In this document: positions 9,859 through 19,200 of the stretch, one piece after another | Layout: every line of letters starts with the position of its first letter | How positions within the stretch are numbered: position 1 is the stretch's first letter | Assembly: GCA_965197905.1 (NCBI GenBank) | Contig: CBDAOB010000005.1 | Span: 2,496,001-2,560,000, forward strand | Length of the DNA stretch: 64,000 bases | DNA from: Candidatus Latescibacterota bacterium | Lineage (GTDB): Bacteria; Latescibacterota; UBA2968; UBA8231 | Direction of reading: 5' to 3' | Made by a program: the position numbers and the translations under genes | The notes under the pieces: model-generated | Databases searched by the model: none | What the model saw: only the letters and a program-made list of their open reading frames with translations | What the model was told of the DNA's origin: nothing

Positions 9859-11009
9859 TGAGTGAGACTCTGGGCGGCCAGCAGACGCTCGTACACGGTC
9901 TCGACGCCGCGAATCATGCGCTCGAGAGAGTAACGGGAGCGGACCTGTTCGCGGCCAGCTCGCGCCAGACGTTTCTTTCGGGTCTCATCTCCGGCGAGCT
10001 CGCAGATAGCAGCGGCAAGTGCGCAGGAATCACCGGGCGTTATCAGCATGCCGGTCCCTTGATCCTCGATGAACTCCGGTATGCCGCCGACACGGCTGGC
10101 GATGACCGGGCAGCCCGCCGCCATCGCCTCCAGCAGAGCCAGCCCCTGCCCTTCTCGCAGGGATGGCTGCACCACCAGATCGAAGGCGTGGAGCCACGGC
10201 CGCACATCCTCCACTCTTCCCAAGAATTCTACCGTTTCCTCCAGCCCCAAATGCTGGGCACGGTGCTCGAGCTCAGCCCGTAGCGGCCCGTCACCGATGG
10301 CGTAGAGTTGCACTTCAGGGAAGCGTCGCTTCACCTGGACCATGGCGTCCAACAGTACCTCGAAACCTTTCTCCGGAGTCATGCTGCCAATGGCTCCCAG
10401 GACTGGCTTTCCCGCTGTCGAGTTCCGATGGGACGGCACTCCGGATGCCGGAAAGCGCGTCAAGTCGATACCGTTTGGCACGACCGAGTAGAGAGGACGA
10501 GTTCCGATCCCGTTTTGCAAGGCATCCTCCACCACGCTGTGGCTCACGGCAATCACGGCGTCTGAGGCTCGAGCCGCCAGTTTTTCGCAAGCCAGAAGCA
10601 GGCGCCCAGCCGCGTTCTGGTCGTGGAGCTCCTGCACCCACCCGTGATAGGTGTGAACCACTACCGGAACGCCCGCGCACCTGGCCGCCAGGCGCCCGAT
10701 AAACCCTGCTTTCGAAATATGGGTATGCACGAGATGATAGCTTCCAGCACGCATCAGCTGGTAAATGGCGACAAACGCCCGCGCGTCTACCAAGGGGTCG
10801 ATCCGCCGCTGCAGAAGGGGCAGCTCCATGACCGTAATACCGCGCGATCTGGCATCGTCCAGCAGCGATCCTTCGCCGGGATCACTCTGGCCCGCAAGCA
10901 CCACTGTCTCGTATCTGCTTTTGTCCAGACCCGCAGCAAGATTCAGAACGTGGTGGGGCACCCCCCGAACGGCGAGGCGAGTGACGATCTGTAAAACGCG
11001 AACCTTCAA
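9855..11009 (-). CDS. Glycosyltransferase family 4 (GT-B)
   Basis: VHTHISKAG, NGID, EKGFE, PSLREGQGLALLEAMAAGCPVIASRVGGIPE. Confidence 0.94.
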   Translation of the reverse strand: MKVRVLQIVTRLAVRGVPHHVLNLAAGLDKSRYETVVLAGQSDPGEGSLLDDARSRGITVMELPLLQRRIDPLVDARAFVAIYQLMRAGSYHLVHTHISKAGFIGRLAARCAGVPVVVHTYHGWVQELHDQNAAGRLLLACEKLAARASDAVIAVSHSVVEDALQNGIGTRPLYSVVPNGIDLTRFPASGVPSHRNSTAGKPVLGAIGSMTPEKGFEVLLDAMVQVKRRFPEVQLYAIGDGPLRAELEHRAQHLGLEETVEFLGRVEDVRPWLHAFDLVVQPSLREGQGLALLEAMAAGCPVIASRVGGIPEFIEDQGTGMLITPGDSCALAAAICELAGDETRKKRLARAGREQVRSRYSLERMIRGVETVYERLLAAQSLTQ

Positions 11010-11024
11010 GGGAACCGGTTGACC

Positions 11025-11980
11025 TCACACCCAGCCGCGGAAGAAACGCCTGATATGACGCTCCTCAACCGTGCGCCCGCCTTGGATCGCCCTGCGTTTG
11101 CGCAGGGTTTCAGGAAGCAATCGGAAGACGTCGATGTAAGCCCACATCAGCAGCGGAATCCTCCATGGGGATCGCACGATCAGAAACAGCCACAGCAGCA
11201 AATCCGCCAGCGCCAGGGCGGGCAACAGCGTGATCGCTGTGGTTCCGGAGGCGTTCTTCACGAGGGCGAGGTACCTGTTCTTGATTACGTGCCGTTGAAA
11301 CATCACCGGCTTGGAAATAAAACGTAGACGTCCGTCGAGCGAGCCGGAGCCTACGTGATGCGCCCGGGCCAGCGGATTGAAGCGCGCCTTCCAGCCGTTT
11401 AGCTGCGCGCGCCAGGCCAGGTCGATGTCTTCGCAGTAAGCAAAAAACTCTCGTCGAAAATCTCGCCTTCCAGACGGACAGAGTCTAGCATTTCACCGCG
11501 GCAAAGCAACGCCGCCCCGGTGCATCCAAACACCTCCTCGTCTTTTCTCAAATTCGAGCTTGGTCGAATACGGAGCGGGCGCCTCATGGAGAACCCGCCG
11601 TTGAGCTCTTCGCGAGTCGCTTCCTGATAGATCAGGCCTGTGGTCGACCCGGTGTCCGGAGATCGCTCGAGCGTAGCTAGACTTTCGGCGATAAAATCCG
11701 GTCCGAGGAAAACATCTGTATTGAGTATCAGAATAAAACGGCTTCGACAGGCGGCGATGGCTCGATTGTAACCCGCAGCGAAACCCTCGTTCCGTCCATT
11801 CTCGATCAGCTCCACCTCGGGATGATGGCGCCGAATCCACTCCCTGGAACCATCTGTGGAGCCGTTGTCGACCACTACGATCTGCGAAGGAGGATGGGAC
11901 TGCTCAAAGAGTGATTGCAGGCATCTGGGAACGAATTCCAATCCGTTCCAGTTTGCCAGCGCTACCGCTACATCTCCCAT
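11025..11980 (-). pseudogene. Glycosyltransferase family 2 (WbbL/rhamnosyltransferase-like), frameshifted at the T6 run 11442-11447
   Basis: VVDNGSTDG, NEGFAAGYN, LNTDV. Adding one T restores the conserved FDESFFAYCEDIDLAWR and joins the 11025-11306 ORF. Confidence 0.85.
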
Positions 11981-11989
11981 GCGCGGGAA

Positions 11990-13219
11990 TCAGGACTGCT
12001 GTTCTACCTGAGCTCCGCTCCTCAGGCTCTTGACCTCGGAGAGGTCTTTTTTGAAGCGTTCGAATTCCTCCGCGATCTTCGCACGACGCACCTCGCCCGC
12101 GCGCGACATAGATTGCAAGTACCGTTGCGTAGCCACGAAGAAATGCTCGTCAAACTGCTTCCAATCCCCGCTTTTCGCCGCCGTCTTGGCATTCTTCCAG
12201 CTCAACCTCGCCATGCGGTGAAGATAACCGCGTTGGATCTCGTTCACCTCGCGAATCGCATTCAGCGCTTCGCCGGAGCTCGTCCGTTGATACACCATCG
12301 CCAAAGCGGCGAACGCATGTTCGGCGTTGTACTGCAGCTTTCTTCGACTGACCGTTTCTCGCTCGGCCGCGTTCAGGTATATCTTTCCGAGCGCCAGGAG
12401 GCCGGCATTGACCCGAGTTGAGATCTTGCCGATACGCAAGAGATCCCCACGCGCGCTCATGGTTGTTCCTTCCCGCTTGGTCCTCAGCATGGTATTGGCG
12501 CGCTCGACCCTCACCTGCGCTTCCATCAGGGACGACTCGTGCACCGTGACCAGATCCTTCATGGCTCGAATGGAGTCTCTGGCAGTCACCGCCAACCCGA
12601 GATTGTGGCTGGCAATCTTCAGCGCTTCCTTGAAGTAGGTGGTGAGGAACTCAGTGCCGACGTTTTCCAAACCTTCGCTCAGCTGAGCTTCCCGGTAGAG
12701 CGCCATCGCAAGAAACTCGCTGGCTCGCTCCAATGCGGTCTCGGTCGGACGGATGCCGTAAAACTCCTTCTTCGCCAATTCGATGTAATAAAGGGAGTTG
12801 TTGGGAACCACCTTACCCTCGGATCTTTGCCGGGTTACGTAGGCGCTCTCCCGTTTCGACCCCACCTCGAGCACTTGATCGAAATAGGTATCGAGTTTCG
12901 CTTCGCTGTTGATGTAGGTGCAAAGGTCAGCCATCCATGGCAGATCCAGGGATTTGGGGGTCTCTTTGATCTGCTTGAGCAGAATCAGCGTCATTTCCTG
13001 TCGGTGTCGCCGCTCCTCTTCCTGACGCTGTTCCAGCGTGTCGACCGGCTCAGGTTCGGGTTTCGCGACCGCGACCTTCTTTTTGGCGGCGGTTTTCGAC
13101 TTGGCCTTCGCGGCCGGTGACGCATCCTCGCTCAACAGGCTCACGACAAACAGACCAACGGCGCCGAGAATAAAAACCACGCCGACAATTAGAATTATGG
13201 GAGAACTTTTGGCAGCCAT
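11990..13219 (-). CDS. Hypothetical protein with an N-terminal TM anchor and an all-helical extracytoplasmic domain
   Basis: 409-aa ORF with one hydrophobic helix and a Lys/Ala linker; first gene of the glycan operon. Confidence 0.75.
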   Translation of the reverse strand: MAAKSSPIILIVGVVFILGAVGLFVVSLLSEDASPAAKAKSKTAAKKKVAVAKPEPEPVDTLEQRQEEERRHRQEMTLILLKQIKETPKSLDLPWMADLCTYINSEAKLDTYFDQVLEVGSKRESAYVTRQRSEGKVVPNNSLYYIELAKKEFYGIRPTETALERASEFLAMALYREAQLSEGLENVGTEFLTTYFKEALKIASHNLGLAVTARDSIRAMKDLVTVHESSLMEAQVRVERANTMLRTKREGTTMSARGDLLRIGKISTRVNAGLLALGKIYLNAAERETVSRRKLQYNAEHAFAALAMVYQRTSSGEALNAIREVNEIQRGYLHRMARLSWKNAKTAAKSGDWKQFDEHFFVATQRYLQSMSRAGEVRRAKIAEEFERFKKDLSEVKSLRSGAQVEQQS

Positions 13220-13347
13220 TTTTTCCTGAGAAAAGCTTCGATTACAAATTTAACCTAGCGCTAAGTCGTTGGCAACAAAGCACATCACAGCTTCCGGGAC
13301 GGGCTCAACCGCTTGACATATTCGGCCTCCCCGGAGTATATAGCGTC

Positions 13348-14778
13348 ATGTTCGTCAAACCGGGTGGGCACATTCATTTCATCGCCGCTTGCGGCACCGC
13401 CATGGCTTCGTTGGCCTCGCTGTTGAAGCAGCGCGGTTATCGGATCACTGGCTCTGACCAGCATGTCTATCCTCCCATGAGCGAATACCTTCGTCGCCAA
13501 GAGATCGAGATCGAGAGTGGATTCTACGGGGAGCGTCTCTCGCCCCCTCCCGACCTGGTCGTCGTCGGAAACGCGGTTTCTCGGGGAAACCCGGAGGTTG
13601 AAGCTACGCTGGATGGCCGCGTGCCGTACATGTCGCTTCCGGAGGCACTCAGAGAATTTTTTCTGCGCGAGAAGCGTCCGATCGTGGTCGCGGGAACCCA
13701 TGGCAAGACCACAACGACGGCGATCACCGCGCATATCCTCTCTTCCAGTGGCCTTGACCCCTCTTTTCTCATCGCCGGCTTGCCGCGCAAAAACGGAGAG
13801 CCCTGCCACCTTGGAAGTGGGGACCATTTCGTCATCGAAGGCGACGAATACGACAGCGCTTTCTTCGCCAAGTTTCCCAAATTTATCTACTACATGCCCG
13901 AGATTCTCGTTCTGACGGGCATCGAGTTCGACCACGCCGACATCTATAAAGACGTCTCCGAGATCGAGAAAGCATTTGCGCAGCTGATAAATACCGTACC
14001 TGGGAGCGGCTTGCTGTTGGCGACAGAAGGAAACGTGCGCGTGGCAGGGCTGGCGCTGAAATCCTTCGCGCCGGTGCAGTCGTTCGGATTCTCGGCAGGC
14101 GCGTATTGGCGCGCGATCGATCTGGTCTCCACTCCGGGCGTGACTACCTTTTCGATTCTTCGGGAGGAAAAGCTCGAGGGCGACTTCGAGCTTCCTCTCA
14201 ACGGGACCTACAACGTATGTAACGCGCTCGCGGCAGTAGGTGCCGCTACAGCGGCCGGCGCGCCGATGGAGGCGATCCGCGATGCCCTCGCTTCGTTCGC
14301 CGGGGTCTCACGTCGACAGGAGGTGTTGGGCACGGTGAACGGCATAACAGTCATGGACGACTACGCTCATCATCCCACCGCCGTGGCGGAAACTCTTGGC
14401 GGACTGCGCGAGGTCTACCCCGACCGTCGCCTGTGGGCGGTCTTCGAGCCGGCCAGCGCCACCAACGCCCGAGCCCTTTTCGAAGAGCGCTACATCGATG
14501 CGTTTGCCGCTGCCGATCGCGTCGTCATGACAAAGGTCCCGCGTCCAGAGCGGGCCCGCGACGACCCCCCGATGGATGCGGCTCGAGTCGTCGATGCCCT
14601 GGCCAGCCGGGGCATCAGATCCGTTTACCTTCCCGATCCCGAACAGGTTGTCGCTCACCTCCTGCAGAAGGTCGATTCGGGCGACCTCGTCATATTCATG
14701 AGCAACGGTGGTTTCGGCGGTATTCAGAAACTCACCTTGCAATCACTGAGGGAAGCGTTTGAACCGACGCGAAGATAG
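13348..14778 (+). CDS. mpl: Murein peptide ligase Mpl
   Basis: HIHFIAACGTAM, VYPPMS, VAGTHGKTTT, EGDEYDSAFF, EFDHADIY, DDYAHHPTA, MSNGGFGG. Confidence 0.93.
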   Translation: MFVKPGGHIHFIAACGTAMASLASLLKQRGYRITGSDQHVYPPMSEYLRRQEIEIESGFYGERLSPPPDLVVVGNAVSRGNPEVEATLDGRVPYMSLPEALREFFLREKRPIVVAGTHGKTTTTAITAHILSSSGLDPSFLIAGLPRKNGEPCHLGSGDHFVIEGDEYDSAFFAKFPKFIYYMPEILVLTGIEFDHADIYKDVSEIEKAFAQLINTVPGSGLLLATEGNVRVAGLALKSFAPVQSFGFSAGAYWRAIDLVSTPGVTTFSILREEKLEGDFELPLNGTYNVCNALAAVGAATAAGAPMEAIRDALASFAGVSRRQEVLGTVNGITVMDDYAHHPTAVAETLGGLREVYPDRRLWAVFEPASATNARALFEERYIDAFAAADRVVMTKVPRPERARDDPPMDAARVVDALASRGIRSVYLPDPEQVVAHLLQKVDSGDLVIFMSNGGFGGIQKLTLQSLREAFEPTRR

Positions 14779-15721
14779 CACTCCGCTCAAGCCGAGGGTT
14801 CTGCGAAACGGCGATCGGGTCGCACTCATAGCGCCGTCGCGTCCGTCCTCCACTGATGCGATCGACCGCGCTGTTCATCATATTGAGCAACGCGGATACG
14901 AGGTGGTTTGTGGGTCCCATATCAAAGCTCGCTATGGCTACCTGGCGGGCAGCGACGAGCAACGCGCCGGCGATCTGAACTGGGCGTTCCAGGACCACCT
15001 GACTCAGGCGATCATCTGCGCCCGTGGCGGGTATGGCAGTGGTCGGATCCTAGATCGCGTGGACTACGATCTGGTTGCCGCCAATCCGAAGATCCTAGTC
15101 GGTTTCAGCGACACCACCGCCCTGCAGCTGGCCTTACTGCGCAAGTCGGGGCTGGTCTCGTTCTCGGGGGCCCTCGCCGGCCTCGACATCCGTCGCGACG
15201 GAGAATCGAGCAGCACGCTGAGAAATCTTTGGAGGGCGGTGGAATCGGCCGAACCATTGGGGCCAGTATCATCGAAAGGAGGCCGCGTTCATGTCTGGAA
15301 CCAGGGCCGCTGTAGCGGACCGTTGCTGGGTGGTTGTCTCGCGCTTGTCTGTTCGTTGCTGGGCACCGAGTATCAGCCAGATTTTGATGGCGCGGTACTC
15401 CTGCTGGAAGACATAGGCGAAGATCCCTACCGCGTCGATCGAATGTTTAACCAGCTCCGATTGGCGGGGATCCTCAAGCAGATCTCGGGTTTGGCACTGG
15501 GCCGTTTCAGAGGATGTTTCACAAGAGCGGCCGTGCCCGATTCTTTCACTCTCGAAGAGATCGTTTGTGATCATTTGGCGGGTATTCAGATCCCCGTAGT
15601 GGCCAACCTTCCGTACGGCCACTATAGAACGCGGGTTGTGGTACCGTTTGGAGTAAACGCCGTGCTCGACACCGATTCGCGCAACCTGCAGATCACCGAG
15701 TCCGCCTTTTCCACCGCTTAA
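14759..15721 (+). CDS. ldcA: LD-carboxypeptidase (peptidase S66)
   Basis: ARGGYG, GFSDTT (catalytic Ser), LLEDIGE, PYGH. Confidence 0.92.
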   Translation: MNRREDSTPLKPRVLRNGDRVALIAPSRPSSTDAIDRAVHHIEQRGYEVVCGSHIKARYGYLAGSDEQRAGDLNWAFQDHLTQAIICARGGYGSGRILDRVDYDLVAANPKILVGFSDTTALQLALLRKSGLVSFSGALAGLDIRRDGESSSTLRNLWRAVESAEPLGPVSSKGGRVHVWNQGRCSGPLLGGCLALVCSLLGTEYQPDFDGAVLLLEDIGEDPYRVDRMFNQLRLAGILKQISGLALGRFRGCFTRAAVPDSFTLEEIVCDHLAGIQIPVVANLPYGHYRTRVVVPFGVNAVLDTDSRNLQITESAFSTA

Positions 15722-15752
15722 GGCTTCGCTCCCCAATGCCGAAGAATTGCAC

Positions 15753-16646
15753 ATGACAATGCGGTTTTTCTCGCTTGCAATTTGCGCCCTTTCCCTTGCC
15801 GGACCTTTGGCCGCTCAAGACCCTCACATTGCACGTCTCGCAGAGGAGTTGGAGAGCCCGAACGTCGCACTCCGCCGTCAGGCAGTGAAAAGCTTGGGTC
15901 GGGTGAGCCAGCCCCAGAGCATTACCTTGCTGAGCTCGGCGATGCAGACTGAGGAGAACGTCTCCATCCGACTCGAGATCGTGCGCGCCCTCCGCAATAT
16001 CGCGTTCCTTCGCGATCCGGGGTTCAGGCAGGCGCTGGGTGCCATCGCCAACGCCGCGGACGAGGCGGAGGAAGAGGATCACCTGGTGCGTTTGCGAGCC
16101 ACCGAAGCGCTTTGGGAAGCGGGCCGCAAAGACCTTCTCGATCCAGTTCCCTTTCTCGATCGCGGGCTTTCCGACCCCAGTCCCCGCCTGCGGCTAGCTG
16201 CGGTGCAGATGCTGCGCAAGCTGGGCACCCCCGAAACCATCGATCCGCTGGGTCGCGCCGCCAACGACCCCGATCAACCGGACACGATCAGGCTCAAGGC
16301 GATTGAGGCCATCGGCGCCGTTGCCCTCATGGATCTGGGACCCGCCGGCAGGAGTGTGGCCCAGGCGAACGTGCGCACAACGGACCTGGTCCGAGTTGCC
16401 CCCCTCGTGGATGTCAATGCGATCAGTCGCCGCCATGAGAAGCAGATCGGGTATCTCGCTGCGGTTGTGAGAGATAGCGACAATACCCCGACTTTGATAC
16501 TGCGCGCAGTGAAATCGATCGGACAGGTCAAGGACAGGTCCTCGATCCCTGTCCTGCAGGAGATCATCGAGACCCACCGCAACGAAGCTGTGCGCAAGCA
16601 AGCCACGCGGGTGCTCAGCCACGTACTTGCGCGGCAGTACGAATAA
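15753..16646 (+). CDS. HEAT-repeat protein with signal peptide
   Basis: Repeated 'vRl.Av.aLg' helical pairs; hydrophobic N-terminus ending LAA-Q. Confidence 0.82.
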   Translation: MTMRFFSLAICALSLAGPLAAQDPHIARLAEELESPNVALRRQAVKSLGRVSQPQSITLLSSAMQTEENVSIRLEIVRALRNIAFLRDPGFRQALGAIANAADEAEEEDHLVRLRATEALWEAGRKDLLDPVPFLDRGLSDPSPRLRLAAVQMLRKLGTPETIDPLGRAANDPDQPDTIRLKAIEAIGAVALMDLGPAGRSVAQANVRTTDLVRVAPLVDVNAISRRHEKQIGYLAAVVRDSDNTPTLILRAVKSIGQVKDRSSIPVLQEIIETHRNEAVRKQATRVLSHVLARQYE

Positions 16647-16780
16647 CACGACCCCCAGCACCCGTACCTCATTCTTCTACGCCTCGATGTAACTCTAGGG
16701 TTGCAGTTTCGTCACCTTTGTCTCGCGCCACCGCCTGGGCTACTCGGCGAGATCCCTCACTGATCAGAGAAATGGCTCAC

Positions 16781-16796
16781 CGGTACGGTTATTGCA
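16781..16796 (+). promoter_or_regulatory. Putative sigma54 promoter
   Basis: CGGTACGGTTATTGCA (GG-N10-GC), about 47 nt before the GTG start at 16844. Confidence 0.55.
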
Positions 16797-16843
16797 ATCT
16801 CCGCCCCAACTGTACTCGGAGACACGTTGAATGGAGGTGTATC

Positions 16844-17500
16844 GTGCTTTTTATTTTTATAGCGCTATTGGTCGCTGCCGGACCGACCCTCGCCGGTGAG
16901 GAGACCGTCGTTTTCAGCGAGATCATGTGGATGGGAAGTACCGGATCCACCGCTGACGAGTGGATCGAACTTCACAATCACTCAGATCGGGCAGTGGATC
17001 TCGTTGGTTGGGCGATAACCCGAATGACGGCCGAGGGCGAGCGTTTAATGTTGGCGATCGAAAGCGGAACCCTTGCCCCACGGGGCGTTTTCCTGATTTC
17101 CAATTTTGCCCCCGACGACCCGCGGTCCCGCCTCGAGGCGATACCGAATCTCGTAAGCAGTTCGGTCGCCTTGGCAAACTCGAAGTTGCAGTTGCGCCTC
17201 TATGACGGTGCGCCGTCGAGCGACGGCACCCTGGTCGACGTCGCCGATGACGGCTCGGGTGCACCGCTGGCCGGCGATCCCAAACTCAAACAATCGATGG
17301 TGCGCATCGACTTTCAGGGAGATGGCACCGAGTCTGCCCAGTGGGAGACCGCGACAGAGTCGCAGGGGTGGGATGATGACGCCTCGGAGCTCGGCACGCC
17401 CGGCTCGATGCCGGGCCATCTGATGGAATCGGCGGAGCAGGAGCGGACCGCTGTTCAGCGCGAAAGCTGGGCCGGCTTGAAGGTGAGTTTCACCAGATAG
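16844..17500 (+). CDS. Secreted lamin-tail-domain (LTD) protein with C-terminal SWAGLK motif
   Basis: GGAGG RBS then GTG; signal peptide; VVFSEIMW..DEWIELHN..VDLVGW..LVD..GTPG. Confidence 0.82.
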   Translation: MLFIFIALLVAAGPTLAGEETVVFSEIMWMGSTGSTADEWIELHNHSDRAVDLVGWAITRMTAEGERLMLAIESGTLAPRGVFLISNFAPDDPRSRLEAIPNLVSSSVALANSKLQLRLYDGAPSSDGTLVDVADDGSGAPLAGDPKLKQSMVRIDFQGDGTESAQWETATESQGWDDDASELGTPGSMPGHLMESAEQERTAVQRESWAGLKVSFTR

Positions 17501-17523
17501 ACTGCAACACTCGGCGGTAGGAT

Positions 17524-18456
17524 CTATCGCCGGAAGGAGCGCTTGAGGATGCCCCAGGAGGTGGCGGTTACGCTGGTCGGCCGAAAGCGCTGCTCCAGGG
17601 GCATGAGGATGACGTCGGTAAAACGATCGGCCAGCAGGTGCGCGTTCTGCCCGCCCGAGAGCGACCATCTGGCGTCGGCGATATTCGGACCGCGCGCATC
17701 GAAGTCCCAGAACTCGACGTTCACCCCGATGATCTCATCCTCAACGAGACGGTGCTCGCGGCTGAGGAAAGCGGCGCGCATGTCAACGCGATCGAAGGGG
17801 ACGAGCATGAGCTCGTAGTTTGTCACTGTCGGTCCTCCCACACCACCGCTGACTGAGTAGGACGCGGCCGTGAACGAGCCCTCCGGCAACGCATACCAGC
17901 CAGCAGCTGAAAAATTGACGAAGAAATCGTCATCTGGTGGCGGGCCGGCGATAGTGAACCATTGCGCCTGCGACCCGGTGAGCTGGAGCTGCTCTTCGGC
18001 GGTGACGTTGCGGAAATTGCCGTATTGCCCTCCAGAGTGGTCGGCGTCCAAGTAAACGCTCATGTTGTCGTCTTGCCAAATCAGCAACCCGGCTGTTCCT
18101 GAAGGCCGATCGATTTGATGAAAATCATCGGTAACCTGCGCGGCGAAGAAGAGTTTGTTTTCGTTTTTGTTCCAACCCATCCGGAGTTGAACCGAAAAAT
18201 CGTTCTCATCGAGCTCCCCGGCGTCGATCAAATCGACAAATCGCTCCGTGGCAACAAGGTAAGACTCGTCAACCATTGCCCAGTCGCCGAGATCGCCATC
18301 GATGGTAGGCACGAGGTCATCCGTGAATTGAAAAGCCTTGAACACTGTCTGCACCGGAAGATGGGGATAGGCAAGCTGGGGGAAACTGCAGAGCACAAAC
18401 CAAACGATCGCAACCTTGATCCGCAGAAATCGCGATTCAGACACGATCGAACCCAC
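17524..18456 (-). CDS. Secreted CBM9/DOMON-like sugar-binding protein with C-terminal SWGILK motif
   Basis: PTIDGDLGDW, MGWN..KLFFAAQVTDD, WQDD..VYLD, YELMLVPF. The start may be GTG 18444. Confidence 0.75.
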   Translation of the reverse strand: MGSIVSESRFLRIKVAIVWFVLCSFPQLAYPHLPVQTVFKAFQFTDDLVPTIDGDLGDWAMVDESYLVATERFVDLIDAGELDENDFSVQLRMGWNKNENKLFFAAQVTDDFHQIDRPSGTAGLLIWQDDNMSVYLDADHSGGQYGNFRNVTAEEQLQLTGSQAQWFTIAGPPPDDDFFVNFSAAGWYALPEGSFTAASYSVSGGVGGPTVTNYELMLVPFDRVDMRAAFLSREHRLVEDEIIGVNVEFWDFDARGPNIADARWSLSGGQNAHLLADRFTDVILMPLEQRFRPTSVTATSWGILKRSFRR

Positions 18457-19132
18457 TCAGTGTGCGAATACGCGTTTCGATCACCCGCATGAGTTCGGAT
18501 AGTTCCGCGTGTTCATTGGATAGAATGGGTTCGCCGACGCGGAAGAAAACCCGGGATAAGGGTCGCGAAAAACTCTCGTATTCGAGACCGATGGGAATGA
18601 TCGGTATGCGCAGTCCATGGTTCTTCTCCACATGCAGGGCGTGCTCCACGATTTCCTTCTGCAGGCTGCCCATTTCGTCTTGAAATCGCATTCCCTCGGG
18701 ATGGGAGACAATCAACTCTCCGCCGCGATACAACCATTCCAGGTAGTCCAGCGTCTTCTGATTCTTTTCCCGGGCTCCTTTAATCAACGACCTTCTGGCA
18801 TCGCGATCTTTGATCTTTCTGATGTCTTTCGGGCGCACGATCTTTATGCCACCCGGCGCCTCCAACAGACTGTAGAGTCCCGCCTTCATGACGTAGGTAG
18901 CAAGTCGTCGCGTAGCTCGGTAGAGCTGCACCCCTTCCAGGATGATATCGCGGTAGGCTCGGTGTTTCGGCAGAATGAGAGCGGTGCCTGTGTGCGGCAA
19001 AAATTCCGCGCCCTCCATCGAGACTCGATGGTACAGGAATGCCCGCGCTCCCAACCAGCGGACCGACTGCGCGACTGCATCTATCCGTCGTAACGAATAG
19101 CCGTTTTTCGATTCGGGGGCCGTCTTGTCCAT
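18437..19132 (-). CDS. plsC: Lysophospholipid acyltransferase (PlsC family)
   Basis: HX4D motif (KHRAYRD), HPEGMR, IPIIPIGL..FRVGEPI. Confidence 0.8.
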   Translation of the reverse strand: MDKTAPESKNGYSLRRIDAVAQSVRWLGARAFLYHRVSMEGAEFLPHTGTALILPKHRAYRDIILEGVQLYRATRRLATYVMKAGLYSLLEAPGGIKIVRPKDIRKIKDRDARRSLIKGAREKNQKTLDYLEWLYRGGELIVSHPEGMRFQDEMGSLQKEIVEHALHVEKNHGLRIPIIPIGLEYESFSRPLSRVFFRVGEPILSNEHAELSELMRVIETRIRTLSGFDRV

Positions 19133-19139
19133 TGGGCAT

Positions 19140-19169
19140 AAAAAAGGAGGCTTGCGAAGGTAAGCCTCC
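19140..19169 (-). terminator. Rho-independent terminator
   Basis: Minus-strand hairpin GGAGGCTTAC-CTTC-GCAAGCCTCC followed by T6, downstream of the 19201 gene. Confidence 0.75.
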
Positions 19170-19200
19170 CGAAGATCCCGCTGTTCGATTCGATTTCTGC

